Made by a program: the position numbers and the translations under genes. Below the pieces are notes generated by a model, which ran no database searches, was not told where the DNA came from, and saw nothing but the letters and a program-made list of their open reading frames with translations. Below, one piece after another: positions 25,060-39,358 of a DNA stretch of 64,000 nt. The stretch spans positions 4,526,001-4,590,000 of the forward strand of contig OZ059898.1 in NCBI GenBank assembly GCA_964057225.1, in the 5' to 3' direction. The first letter of the stretch is position 1; each line of letters begins with the position of its first letter. The DNA is from Auanema rhodensis (taxonomy: Eukaryota; Animalia; Nematoda).

Positions 25060-28000
25060 TTACTGAGATGTCTGTGGATGAGTTGGTCCACTATTCGATT
25101 GGACTGGTTGTGGTTGTGGCATTCCTGAAATATAAACAGGATTTTATCATGTTAGGGAGAAAATCTAACCTGGAGGAGAACTCTGTGAAGTGTAAACCGC
25201 TTGAGGAACTGAATTCTGCCTCGACATGGGTTGTTGTTGTTGTTGTTGGTTTGGGGGATGTTGAGGAGGAGCCTGATAAAATCCTGGATTGCCAGCTGAA
25301 ATATATAGTTAGTAACTTTAATAATAAGGAAGAAACTGACATGGTACATAGTTACCATACTGATCATGAATAACCATAGGCTGAGTAGCTCCCTGTTGCA
25401 TCATACCACCTTCCATGTGATGATGTTCGCCATACGGCTGCATATGTGGTACTGGCATACTTCCAGTGTTATACATAATAACCTGAGGATGAGTAGGATA
25501 CATAACCATATTCTGAAAGTAGACTATTATATTTCAGATAAAAATTATATACATACGGGACCCGAATGATATATTGGTTGTTGATGTGAAACCATTGGTG
25601 GTTGACTACCAGAAACTACAAATGGCTGTTGAGGTTGACTTGTCGCTTGTGGTGGAGCGGATGTAACTGTTGCAGGTGATCCTCTTCCGCCGCTAGCTTG
25701 TGATACTTGTGGCTAAAAATAATATAATGAGCATCTATAATTCAATTGTAATCACCTGAGCTGGAGACGCAGTTGGTTGAGGACCTGGAGTTGGAGGTTG
25801 GCTATTAGGCCCAGTAGAAGAAATTGCAGGAGTATGTGGTGGGTTACTGCCGTCATGAATAGGTTGACCAGAAGAATACCTTTGTTGACCTTGTGGTACA
25901 CTTTGCTGAGGAATTACATAACCCTGAATTACAAAATAAAAGCTAAGCAATGATGGTGACTAACCATTGGTGGACCAAATCTTTGTTGATATTGTTGTGG
26001 AGGAATTTGCTGTTGCCCCTGAGGAATCATTTGAGTTCCATCAACATATGTTTGTGGAGGAGCACTTGCCCCACCCGGAATATACTGGTATCCATATGGG
26101 ATCTGAATATCATATGAATAAACCAACATTGTTGTTTAATACCTGTTGCATAATCATTTGGTTTTGCCATTGAGTTCCAGCTTGCATCATAACAGCTCCG
26201 CCGGTTGCAGGACCAGCGGACCTTCTCTGGTTTCCTTGCGGAGCAGGAGCATAGACTTGAGTTGGAGGAGGAGCACCACCTCGTTGTGGTGCAATGGCCA
26301 TTTGACCAACCACAGGCGGTTGAACCAAATATTGCTGATAATTTCCCTAATAATTAAAAAAAATAATACTATAGATTAAAATTTACTCACTTGTACAAGA
26401 GAGAATCCTTGCGGGCCGCCTTGGAATTGAGGTACAACGGATCGTCCAGCCATTGGTGAGAAGACCCCAGGTGGTGGAATGGTTCCCTAAAACTTAGTTA
26501 ATAGCAACTTATATCACAGAGTAGCAATACCTGCATAGGCATACCAGCAGAAACAGCTCCCATTGGTAGCGGAGCAATGTTTTGAATTGGCTGTTGAGGT
26601 ATTGGTACAACCTATAAGTAACAGTTAAACAGAAAATTTAACTCGTAAACTCATACCTGGGTTGGAGTACTGCTTGGTTGAGTCATTCGGGGGGTAAAAG
26701 CAGGTGCATTAACGTTGAAAGCAAACTTTTTGGTTCTGAAAATTAAAATTGAACAAAATGTATTCTCTATTATCAAACCCTGCGTTAGAAGCGTCCTTGT
26801 CTTCTTTTTGATCATCTTTTTTATCATTAGAAGCATTTTCTTTTTCTTCATTGATTGTTGGCTCTTCAACAGAGGCATCACGAGACTCCTGTATCTTAAA
26901 AGATTTCTTAAAAATTAATAAAAATCGAAAAATACCTGAGTTTCATTGGATGTAGAAGCAACAATAGCTTCAGAGTTCGGTTGTGGATCCGCAGGAACAT
27001 TGGAAAGAGGAGATGAAGGAGGCACATGATCTGAATTAACTAAACTTTGAGATGATCACACTTTCATCAACATACTCTGATGCTGGGGTTGAGTACCTAA
27101 AAGACTGATAGGGGGACCTTTGTTCCATGCATTACCTGCGGGAACTGTAACTCTAGAAATATTTTCTGCCTGTCCGGCAGGTGAGCCGTGAGGCTGTGAA
27201 GAGTCCTGTAACAAGACTGAATGATGTGAAACAGTGCCAAACTTTACATTTTCGATCTTCTGGTCGTTCTTAGAAGCATGAATGGTAACATTTTTTCGCC
27301 AGTGCACTAAATCATTAAGACGTTTAGCTTAAAATTCATTATTTTCAAAAATAAAGATAAAAACCATACCTGGTCCCTGATTATTGCTACGATCTGCGTT
27401 GTTCCTATTAGCATTTTCAAGAATGACTAAATTAAAATAACATTAATTTTAAAAAACAAGCAGGTCCGTACCTTTAGGTTGGGCTTTGAATGTACTGTTT
27501 TCAAAAACTTTACCGGAGTTCTCCTTCCTAGCAGCAGTTTCTTTCCATTCTAAAAATCAGAAGAATTTACACATAATGATTTTAAAAAAAAAGATCTTTT
27601 ATCACGAAGCTAACCTTGAAATTGTTCTTGAACTTCTTGTCCTGTTGGTCTTTTATTTTGACCGGGTATGTAATGTTGTTGTCCAGCTCTTTGCTGCTGC
27701 CCGTACGGATTATTATACCTATTATTGGCACCTGTACTGCGTCCTTAACAAATTGAAATGTCTTCATTTATAGATATATACACATACTATCATTACCGCC
27801 TCCTTTTATACCATCAGCTCTACGGTTAACATTTACATTTCCGCCACGGCCGTTTCTGCTTACATTAGTATATGACCCTCTATATTAATAAAATGAGAAA
27901 CTAAGTCAAAAATTCAAACAAATCACCTTCCTCGACGAGTGGAGTTATCTAATTCCTCTTCAGTGGTAAGCTTATCTAAATCTCGCTCTTCGTCATCATT

Positions 28001-28884
28001 TTCCAGGCGGGAATAGTATTTGCTTGCTGCACTGTTCTCAATCTCTCGAGCAATTTGTTCAGCTCGTACGCGATCTTCCGGCGTTCCTTCGATCTCGGCA
28101 CTATATTTTAAAAAATAATCAAACAATATTATAACCAAAAGCATACGTTGTGTATTGCCTGAGATCATCTTCGAATGAAGATTGAACTCCAAGTTTCGAA
28201 TTTGCGGTGAACATGTCATTAACACTCCAACCATTTCTTGGAAAACGTGATCTTTGTTCAAGCTGAATATGTAAAAATGTATTAAACATATGAACTGTTA
28301 AAGTACAGCTGGCCCGGCAGGATCATAATCTTCAGCTTCGTCATCATCCCATTCCTTCAGTTCTTCGTCATCATTCTTTCCATTATTCTTCACTTGATAA
28401 TCTCTATCAGTGGCAAATCCTACATAACGAATTAAAATTAAGCGCTAGGTATAAGGCAATTTACCTTTAATTTTTTTCTCTTCATTTATTAAAGCAGAAA
28501 TGACAACAATGTCGCCGTATTCGAATATCATCTTCTCTTTTATTTCTTTTTTATTTGGTAACAAATTCATTTCGTTGGATTCGTTTTTTTCATACGCAAA
28601 TTTCAAGCCGATCGATAACTATAGTCATATAATTAACAAAAAGAATAAGAAAGAAATTGTACCTCATTTGAGCAAGCAGCAAAAATACCAACAAACTTGT
28701 TTCCATCTTTCAGCTCAACCATTACTTCTTTCCCCTGTACAAATAACTTGAAAGAGAAGATTTCATGAAAAACTTACATGCAAATCATTGATAATTGTTA
28801 CCAGTGAGGGATTGCCCGAAACTCCATCTAACTGGTTCTGCAAGACAAAAATTGAACTAAAATTTGAATAAAAATTTATACCAT
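25060..28884 (-). CDS. atx-2: Ataxin-2 homologue
   Basis: LSm region (IINDLHGKEVMVELKDGNKFVGIFAACS), LSmAD (GWSVNDMF...RAEQIAREIE...ENDDEERD), PAM2 (KFAFNVNAPAFTPR) and a Q/P-rich tail. The ATG is the last 3 nt of an exon (28882-28884), with an in-frame stop just upstream. Confidence 0.92.
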
Positions 28885-29905
28885 TTTGATAGTCTATTTG
28901 CCCTCTAATGTGCTGTTCCGATGAATTAACGCCTTGAACAGAAGGTCCTGATGAGAAACTTCTGCTCCAAGCTAAAATTAAACATAATATATGCCGAACA
29001 AAAAATAAAACCAATAAAATCGAATTAATACAAAAAACTTGAAGCTGTCAAACGTTAAAGTGACCAAGTGCGAAAGCCTGGCACTGCCTGGTGGTCACTT
29101 GTAGGTTCGCATAACTACTGTAATTCACGCACAGCAGTGAAAATTATTAAACCATACAAGCTTACTTTTTTTTATTTACATCTAAAAGATACAACAAAAC
29201 GTAAAATCAATGTAATAATATTTTTAACATAAAAAATCCAAATTGATTAATACTAAAAGCTTAGCGTCATTACGGGTTTCTGTGCGTAGAAAAGGCATAG
29301 ACACGAACTGCCACGCCCCTTTTTTAATGCATCAAGCGGCAAACCTTGTAAACAGCATACAGTTTATATATTGTTATATAAGATTAGGAACCTATCCTTC
29401 TTATAGATAACACTTATAGGTGTAGATCGACATATTATTTAGTAAATAATTTATGTGTAGATTACATATTGAAATTTGCAGTAGTTTAAAAAATAGTGCT
29501 GGAACACTAGGAGCTTTTTATCTATCAGGATTATTTTTTGAATTATTATGTTGCTGTATCTTATATGCTAACTTCCTTACGAATGATGATTAGTAGCACA
29601 TTTGAAAAATCTGTAAAAGTCTTGAACTGCACACAAACTAAATTCACGAGCAGTACAATTGACTGATTTTTTTAGGTAAGTAAAAGATGCTACATTCAAT
29701 ATATTATACATTCTTATGAAATTGCCATGTGTTTGTAAATGCCAAGTTTATGTGTAGTTTAAGATCAATTTCAGTGACAATCTGATTCAGCACAATCAAA
29801 AAGCCAGAATTAGCCAATTATAGAAGTAATATTTAGCTTCACGTGAAGTAGGATATTCAAAGAAAAATTAAATATTTATTTCAACAATTATTTTAAATCA
29901 GAAAA

Positions 29906-30778
29906 CTAATTAGAAATAGTTATTGGTGTAGTGAACAATGCACGATAACGAAAATTAAGAATAGATTGCATCTCTGAAGAAACACGTTCCCAGAAGTATC
30001 GAGTCATTGTAACTCCGCCTCGTGTTGCAATCTGAAGTAATTGTTGTAAAAATTTTCAACCCAAATGTAGAAACCGTTACTATCTTGGTATACTCTTGGT
30101 ATGGTCCGATGCCTTGAACTGGTGTAGTTTCCGAGAGAGGGCATTGAGTGATTTGGATAGTAGCTGCTCCAGCAGTTCCGGCTGCTAGCGCTACTTCAGT
30201 AATGGCACCTCCCGATAAGAAACCGATTCTCGTGCCAGCTAAATCAATAATTATGATACAACACCAACACGTTAAACCGACTTGGAACAGTTCCCACATA
30301 ACAATTGGAAATTTCGTCTGGAGAATATGTTACAGTTGTTAGTATCTGACTTCCAATCACCGGATAGTTTGCAGAAGCAATTGCTTCCAAATACTAAACA
30401 AGTTATGCAATACAGTTGAGTGAGCATGTATCCTCTCTTACCGCTGCCATTACTTCATTTTGTGCTGCCTGGAGAGCGTCTTGTGAAGTTTTAGATTGAC
30501 CGGGGAAATAGTTAGCTGGGGCTGTGTTACCTAAACGGAGAAAGAAAACTGAAATGTCTCAATTTAATTTTACCTTGAGTAGCAGCAACAAGAGGGTAGT
30601 ATGTCCATCTAACAGGCGGACTAACTTGAAAGGTAAACGTGGGATCAGTGATAATTTCATTACCATTCGATCCGACACCTGAATGTTTTAGGTAAAAAAC
30701 TAAAATAAACAAAAGCTTACTTGATGAGCATCCAAAAACAAGGCTTAGTTGACTTATAAGAACAAGTATAAAAATCAT
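29906..30778 (-). CDS. Nematode-type secreted protein of unknown function
   Basis: Signal peptide MIFILVLISQLSLVFGC; six phase-consistent exons encoding FQVSPPVRWTY, YFPGQS and ...FTTPITISN*. Confidence 0.8.
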
Positions 30779-31094
30779 ATCGGCAACAGTAACAACTGCG
30801 ATCTGCACGAAATCTACTTATATATATATCCTCAAGGAAATCAACGGTAATAAATGGATTTGAATAGATAAAAGTATGTTTTCCCCATCTTATTGTATGA
30901 ATATCTATAGTATCCTTTGTCATTGCAAAATTCATGGCCTATATCAAGCAGCTGTCTCATAGTTTTATGATCGTAGGTGTGATAACTCGGATAACAAACA
31001 AGGTAACAACAACATCAACAATAACGGAAAACAAGTGCTCAATAAACAACTAACGTGTACAAGTTCAATGAATCATCTAACAAAAATATAAAAT

Positions 31095-34000
31095 CTATTT
31101 CTTGAATTTTCTTGGTTTTAAGTTGTGAGATTTGACATTTACTCGATTTTTCTTCTTCAACTCCTTTATACTATTTAATTGTAATTCTAAATCCTCTAAA
31201 GCATGTTCAGACAACTTCTTATCATAGCTTGCAGCAATTTCAGGTGTGATATACTTTGACTTCTGAAAAGTATGATATAATATTAATTTCGACTTTATAA
31301 CTAACGATAATATTCGCAGAATGTATATTAGGTAAAGGCTTCATCAGCTCGACTCTCAACTCCTCCTTAACACGATCTTGTTTCAGAAGAAGTTCATTCA
31401 TGGAATGGTTTGCTTGTTCAATCTCTCCATATCTGAGAAAAATATAAATAATCAAAACTATTTTTTGTATGGCACCTATCGTCTAAGGTTAAATCAGCTT
31501 CACGAGCAGCTTTGGCAAACCAATCTTCGGTCAAGCGAATCTAAAATATCCTCATAAAAGTTTTCATGTATGGAAAATAATTTAATATTATATGAAAATG
31601 TTTCCAATTTTTATAAATTACTGTTTGTTCTTTTACCTTTTTAGCCCTGTAAAGTAAAACATCAAGATCAGATGCCAATTTTACACGATCCATCAAAGCA
31701 CTTTTTAGGGATAAACTATCCACTGGGAAAACAGGCAAATCATTTGCTGAAACTTATTAATACAAAACTGGGTCTAATAAACGTTACCACCTCTATTCAA
31801 GTTTTTACATATTTTTCTGTAAAGATGAGCATCTTTAGGATCAACCATTAAAACAGTAAGACCAGTCTCGCTGGCACGAGCAGTTCGCCCAGAACGATGA
31901 ATGTACATCTTCACAAAAACAAATTAACAAAACAAAAAAAAGTGCTGGAAATTTTACCTCTGCCGTTTTTGGAACTTGGTAATGAATAACATGCTCAATA
32001 CCTTTAATATCTAAGCCTCTAGCAGCTACATCAGTAGCCAAAAGAACACTATTTTCATTTCCTATAACATATAATAATAACTATTATTTTAAAGGAAAAC
32101 ACACCAGCAAACTTTTCAAGGTTCCTCAAACGCTGTCTTTGAATCATGTTAGCATGTAACATCATTGGATTCATTTTTAGATGACCAAGAATACCATATA
32201 AACGTCTAGAGGCATCAACAGAATTGGTAAAAATTAAAGTTCTTCCTTTGTATCTATTTAGTAAATAAACCACATTTGTATCCTTAAAAAAGTTCAATGA
32301 TTTTTACGATATAAACATTAATTCACTTTTTCTAAAAGTCCATTACAGTTCATACGAGTTTCCACAAGTTTTTCTGCCGTGCCAAAACTTCTACATACAT
32401 CAACGACTTTATGTTGTTTACGAATGCCAGTTTCTTCCAATAAATATTCTGGAAAATAATTTAAGAAACTTAATATTCAAAAGAAGAACTTACTAATCTT
32501 CTCCTTTGTACTTAACTCTTTCGTCTTTTGCGCAGGTAAAACGTAAGTCAAAGTAGCAGAAAACACAAGTGTTTGAAGCTTCTCATTTTTGGCATGAGTT
32601 GATTTGCTGAAACAAATATTCTTATTAAAAAAAGAAACAAATACCTTACCTTTTAACTGCAGATATTATGTGTTTTAACTCTCTAAAATGTCCTTGCTCA
32701 ACCATTCTATCAGTTTCATCAACCACCAAACATTGAACACCTTCTAGTTCGGTAAGATATTGACATTTTTCAGTCTATAATATAGAGATAGAACAATACA
32801 TATTTAAGATGTGAAACAGAGCTATACATTTTGCATTAAATCCCATAAACGTCCTGGAGTAGCAACAACAATTTCAGGCTTCGACTTGGCCATTACACGC
32901 AATTGTTTTTCTTCTGCTAAACCTCCCACAATACAGACCGACTAAATATCAAGAAATTTGAATAATTACTTTATTGATTGTAACTCACCTTTATTGCAGT
33001 AAACTGACATAAGGAATCAAGAACTTTTTTAATTTGAACTACTAATTCGCGCGTCGGGGCTATAATGAAAGCACGGGGTCCATTACCATCACGTTCATCA
33101 GTCAGTATTCGAGATATAACCGGAATAGAAAATGCTAGTGTTTTTCCACTTCCCTATAAAATATTCAGAATTCAATAATAGTTGCTATATTTATATACAG
33201 TTTCAGCTGCTCCTAAGATATCAACACGATCACGAACTGCAGGGGAAAGCACTTGCTTTTGAATTTCTGTAGCTTTTCCAAACCTTTAAAATAAAATTAT
33301 TAAAATTTAATGTTTCTTGACAAACTTCAGTTTTTTCAGCGCTTTTAGGATTGGTTCTGGTAAATAGAAATCGGCCCAATCAGACATATCAAAGTCAACA
33401 TCTTTTTCTTCTTCTTGATCATCACTTTTTGCCACAGTTTCTTTTTTCACTCTCTTTTTGGAAATTTCCTTCTCGTGTTCAGCAAATTGAACTTTACGCT
33501 TAGTCCCTTGTTCCTTTTTCTTATTTTCCTTTTCTTTTCTTTTATCTCTCTTAGTTTTAGCTTTCACATTTTTCTCTATAACTTCCGACTTTTCGACTTC
33601 TTCCGTAACTTCTGATGTATCTTCTTCTTTAAACAAAAATATTATATCGATTAAATAAATTTTTTTTACCAATTTCAGTTACAGATGACAGTTTGATCAT
33701 TTTCCCCTTCATTTTCTCTTTCTTTTTTCTGGGATTTTGTTGTTGACCTTAAAAATTAAAAAACACTATTATCATTTTTTTAAAATTTACCCTCAGAATC
33801 CTTGGTAGCATCGGACTTTTTATTTTTTCTTTTATTTCTATTACGTTTTTTCTTCTTATTTTCCGATGCTAAAATTCTTTTGTAAGAAATTAAAATGTAA
33901 ATGTAACTACCTAAACTTGGAACTTCATTTTCAGGTTGTTGGGATTTTTCAACCTGATCAGGTTTTTCAAGACTTTCAGCTTTTCCAACATTTTCATTTT

Positions 34001-34202
34001 TTCGACTACCCTTCTGTATTCAATTAAAATAATATAATTTCTAAATAGTAATTTAAACTACCTTGCCTTTCTTTTGCACCTGTGTTGATTCAGGAATAAA
34101 TTCTTCGAAACCAGCTAAGAAACCAAAATTCTCGTCAGAAAAATCAGCTGTGAAATTGGCTGATTGAAATTGGTCAGCCTTTGGTAAGGTGACGATTGGC
34201 AT
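31095..34202 (-). CDS. DDX24: DEAD-box RNA helicase DDX24/Mak5
   Basis: Lys/Glu-rich N-terminus; [30 protein letters not shown] (DETD variant), [16 protein letters not shown] and HRSGRTAR. Confidence 0.9.
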
Positions 34203-34395
34203 ACTTGAAATTAGATTAAATATTACGAAAGATAGGGGAGGGGAACACTGAAGTAGAAGGTTAAAAACCGCAAATATCTTCTCCCAATTAAAGGAAAAAA
34301 AACAATATTCATTCATAAACAATCAACAATAGATATAACAATAACAACACAGTACAACAACGTAACAACTTAATAAGTATCTAATTTATAAATCA

Positions 34396-37300
34396 CTACG
34401 CTTCCATAGCATTAACATCATTTTTCTTCAATTTTCTAGCATTGCTTAGATACTTCAATGAATATTTATTTCCATCGGCCCTGAAATAACCCAAAAGTAA
34501 TTCACAGTACATATCATCAAAATATCTGTTTTTTTCAAAACCTACATTTTTGAAATTAATCCTTGTTGATGAGCAATAATCTGCTGAATACCAGTAAGTA
34601 CAGCAATATCAGCTCTTCCTTTCAACTTAGTGCCGTGAACGTGCAGGGCATTTTTTATCCACACCTTAAAATATTTAAATTTAATTTGTAAAAAAATTGA
34701 AAGCTTTACCATATAGAAATGAACATGTGGAGAACTCCACACAATATTTCCTTCTGAAACCCATTTCAATAATCTCTCCACATATTGAATAGGCAAAGAT
34801 CTAACTATTAATGGAACTAAATAAGTTGATTATGCGTATCAAAAATTTAAAAAAAAAATACTTTGATTTAAAGGTGTTAGCTCAAGGGATTTTTGAATAT
34901 ATTCAGAGTCATTCAACCGTAAACTTGCTAGAATGGCTTTTAAATAATTTTCATCCAGCAATAATCTGAAAAAAAGTAATTTTACGTGCTAACAAAATTC
35001 AAAAAACTCTACTTTTTTATCTCCTTTGGTGATGTATCACTATCTAATTGGAAAGGGTCAAATATTGTTGTTGTATCCAATGAATACATATGAACACCTT
35101 CGGTAGATGCTACAGCATATTTTCTTCCTAATAGAAAAATATTTATGATAATTATTACAATAAATATATATACCTGTTGGACAATATGACAAAGCATATA
35201 CAGCGACTTCTGGCTTTGCTCTTCTCTCACCCAAATCAAAATGCTTAGTTCCAGGTAATTTGATTTGTCTCCTTAAATATAATGTCAAAATTATATTTGT
35301 TTAGACAACCTACTTATGATCAATTTCGTCATCAGAATCAGAGAAATCGGCAAGAGTCATACTTCCAAATTCGCTGAAGTTTCTTCTGTTTACATCAAGC
35401 TGAAATTGAAGACAAAATTTTAAAAAACTATTTAAAAAACTTACTACAACACCATCCAGACTTCGGTTTTCAGTAATTTTAAACTTCTTCAACAAAAGCC
35501 TATTTGAGACTGAGTACAAACAGAAATAATTGGAATCTCCGCCAAGAAGCAAGAGCTCTCCATCAGGTGAAAACTTCATACAAGTAAAAGACCTAAATAA
35601 ATCTATGTAAAGCTATGTAAAAGAAAGAAAAACTCACTTGCTCTGCTCTGATGTACTTTTAGTTATTTGATCGTGTTGCAATCTTCCAGAATCTAAATCA
35701 TGTTTCGCCTCAATTGTTCCAATAGGAGACATCTGAAAAAAAAACTAATAAAGCTACTTATTATAACTGCATTACATCTTCAGTTGTCATAAATGAAACA
35801 ACAGAATCCATTGTCAGAATAGCCAAAAGTAAACCACAAGGAGAAAATTCCACAGCTAGGCCTTCTTGAGCAAGTTCACATGTTTCACAAGAAGAATTAA
35901 CAATATTCCACATTTTAACGGTACGATCCCAACTCGAAGAGAGAAGAGAACTTCCATGAATACTAATAGAAGTAATATTTGATTGATGTCCACTTAGAAC
36001 ATCGAGTAAATGTCCATTCTCCATACTCCAAACATAAATCTAAAAAAATAGTATAAATACATAGTTACAGTTAAGCTTTCTACATTATAGACTTCTTTGC
36101 CGGAAGCACACACAATATCTCCAGCTTTATCAACAACAAGAGAGGCGAATTGCGTTGGTTCAGGACATACAAGAGTTCGGAAATTACGATATCTGTAAAT
36201 TAACTATAAGAAATAAATTATATCGAATTATAAACCTTTTCAAATCATGAGCTCTGATAGTTCCATCAAGTGAAGCACTAAGAATTGCTTTGCCGTTTTG
36301 TGTCCAAGTTACAGCTGTAACACCTGATGTGTGTTCATCAAAGGTAACAGTACAGAAAGAGGTACGATTGTTCCAAATTTTTACCTAAACATATTTTATT
36401 ATAATCATATTGCTCTTAGTTTACTTTTCCGTCCTCAGCTCCGGTGGCTAAAAGTGCTCCATCGGGACTAAATTCCGCAGAAAGAATTCTTTGTGAGTGA
36501 GCTTGTTGCTTTAGGACATATGTTTCAGACTGCCATTCCCAAACCTAAAGTTATAACAATATAAAAATAAACGAAAAATGGTCTTACAACTAATTGAGCA
36601 TTACTTCCTTCCCCACATCCTAATGCTAACCAATCACCAGTTTTGTTAATAGCAAGAGAAGAAATTTTGAAATCCGAAACCCTTAAAACCAAGAAAAAAT
36701 GTTAAATGTATCCGAAAAACAAATAATATTAACTATATTACCTCAGATTATGAATTAGGGAGAAAGAAGGGATTTCATGAAGAACAAAAACACCATTTGA
36801 AAAAGCAGTAACCAACAAATTACTGTCCGCGTGAAATTTAGCAGAAGAGACATGTATTGAGTGTTTTCCAGATCCTGCGGATTCAATAACGGAGAACCTA
36901 AAACACTTGAATTCAAAATAAAATTTCGCCTATTATCTACATCTTTGTTTTTTCAAAAAACATTCTGGAAGAAGTGTCCATATCGCTCTCTTCAGGTTTA
37001 GTCCAAACACCTTCCTCTAACTCTCCTGGCATAATAGATGAGCTCCAAACTTGACAAAATCCAGACTCATCGACAGATATAATCTATTAACAAAATATAG
37101 CAACATTTCGAAACATGGCTTACATCATAAGAGTTTTTAAAAAATTGAGCTGTAACAATTGGACCTTTATGAGATCCCAGTGGATGGATGTACAGGTTCT
37201 TATAATCTTCGGACCCTACGACTCGTAATACTTTGTCTGCACCACCAGACACAATTAAGCTGAAACATTGAAGACTAGTGAGAAACTAGAAAACACTAAG

Positions 37301-37963
37301 CAATACCATCCATCGAAACTCCATTCTACACAATTTAAAGTATCATTCGATAAATGATAGGTACGTCTAAGAGCGTATGGATGAAGTGCAGAATTTTCCA
37401 TTCGAAGAATCTCATGAATTTGAAGATCATTGTCTCGACAAATTGCCATCAATCTTTAAAATGTAGTACATAAATTGAATCTGGTGACAATATTTTGATA
37501 CCTTCCGTTTGGCGAAAATTCCATAGCTTTAATCAAACGATGAGCATGGAATGTATGAAGAATAACATCAGACAACAAATTTATATAATATACTTCTCCA
37601 TCTGCAAAATAATAGAATGAAGACACTCAAATATCTACATACTTTCTGTAGCTGCAGTTAAATGAGTTCCCTTATCATTTAAAGCCATAGACGCAATGCT
37701 ATGTTTTAATTCAACTGATAGCGTTTGAGAAACATTACTAAAAAATGATATTTTAATTATAAAAATGTAAGTTAATCCCAATCCTACTTTTTGAGATCAA
37801 AAACGGATATTTTATTACCAACAGGGCTCACAATTGTATTGCCATCCTTAGAAAATAATAAATTTCCATTTCGATACACTGATCCAATCAAATTAGAAAA
37901 CTGCAAAAGTAAATTAAAATACTAAATAAAATCCTCTAAACTCACCTTGAAATTGGTATCCAT
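34396..37963 (-). CDS. PWP2: PWP2/Utp1 WD40 SSU-processome protein
   Basis: Starts MDTNFKFSNLIGSVYRNGNLLFSKDGNTIVSPVGNKISVFDLK; contains WEWQSETYVLKQQAH, multiple WD repeats and the C-terminal IFDPFQLD region. Confidence 0.93.
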
Positions 37964-38259
37964 ACTATTGTTTAATTAAATCTATGACGAAACTTATAAT
38001 AAAACAAAGTTTCTAAAAATAATTTTTTTTCCAAGAAATTTAAAATTTATTCACAAATGTTCACTTTGAATTTTACTACCACGTCCGACATATACATAAG
38101 AGTGTGATCGGCAGGCAACCAATAGGCGGAGCTAGTCACGATGCCAGCTGACATCAATAGAACATATTATTGAAGTTATTGAAATAAAATTTTTTATACT
38201 CAGTTTTCATGTGAATTAATTTATCGTTTTAGTTGTAGTGCTGGATCAAAGACATTTTA
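37964..38259. promoter_or_regulatory. Putative bidirectional promoter between PWP2 and the CHIC gene
   Basis: 296 bp between divergent ATGs, with a central GC-richer island containing CCAAT (AACCAATAGG, about 38117-38126) and GGCGGAG. Confidence 0.55.
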
Positions 38260-38933
<674 letters not shown>

Positions 38934-39358
38934 CTTCTTTATGTACAATATCATATCAACTATAGTTCATTAGGTTCAAAAACTGTATAATTGCCATGAC
39001 GTCAGGTCCGACTTCAATATTGCATGAATTTAAGATCAGGTGTGCTATTTACTCGATTCGATCAAATCAAATATTACATACTACATAAATCTTACCTTGA
39101 TTGGGTAGGAATCGTTCATTTGTATTCCGTATATATATTTATAACGTGATTAACGTACAGGTTAGAATAGCTTTTTTCTCCCAAAATTGTTATTCGTTTA
39201 AAAGTATTTGAAATGAGTCCAAGAAAGCTTTATTCCGTGTACATAGTTGTAGCTAACCATAAAAGTTCGATCTTTATTGTTAATGTATATATAACTGTTG
39301 GTTGTGAACCATTAAATAACATTTTCATGAACTTTACTTAAATTATACATATTTATAG

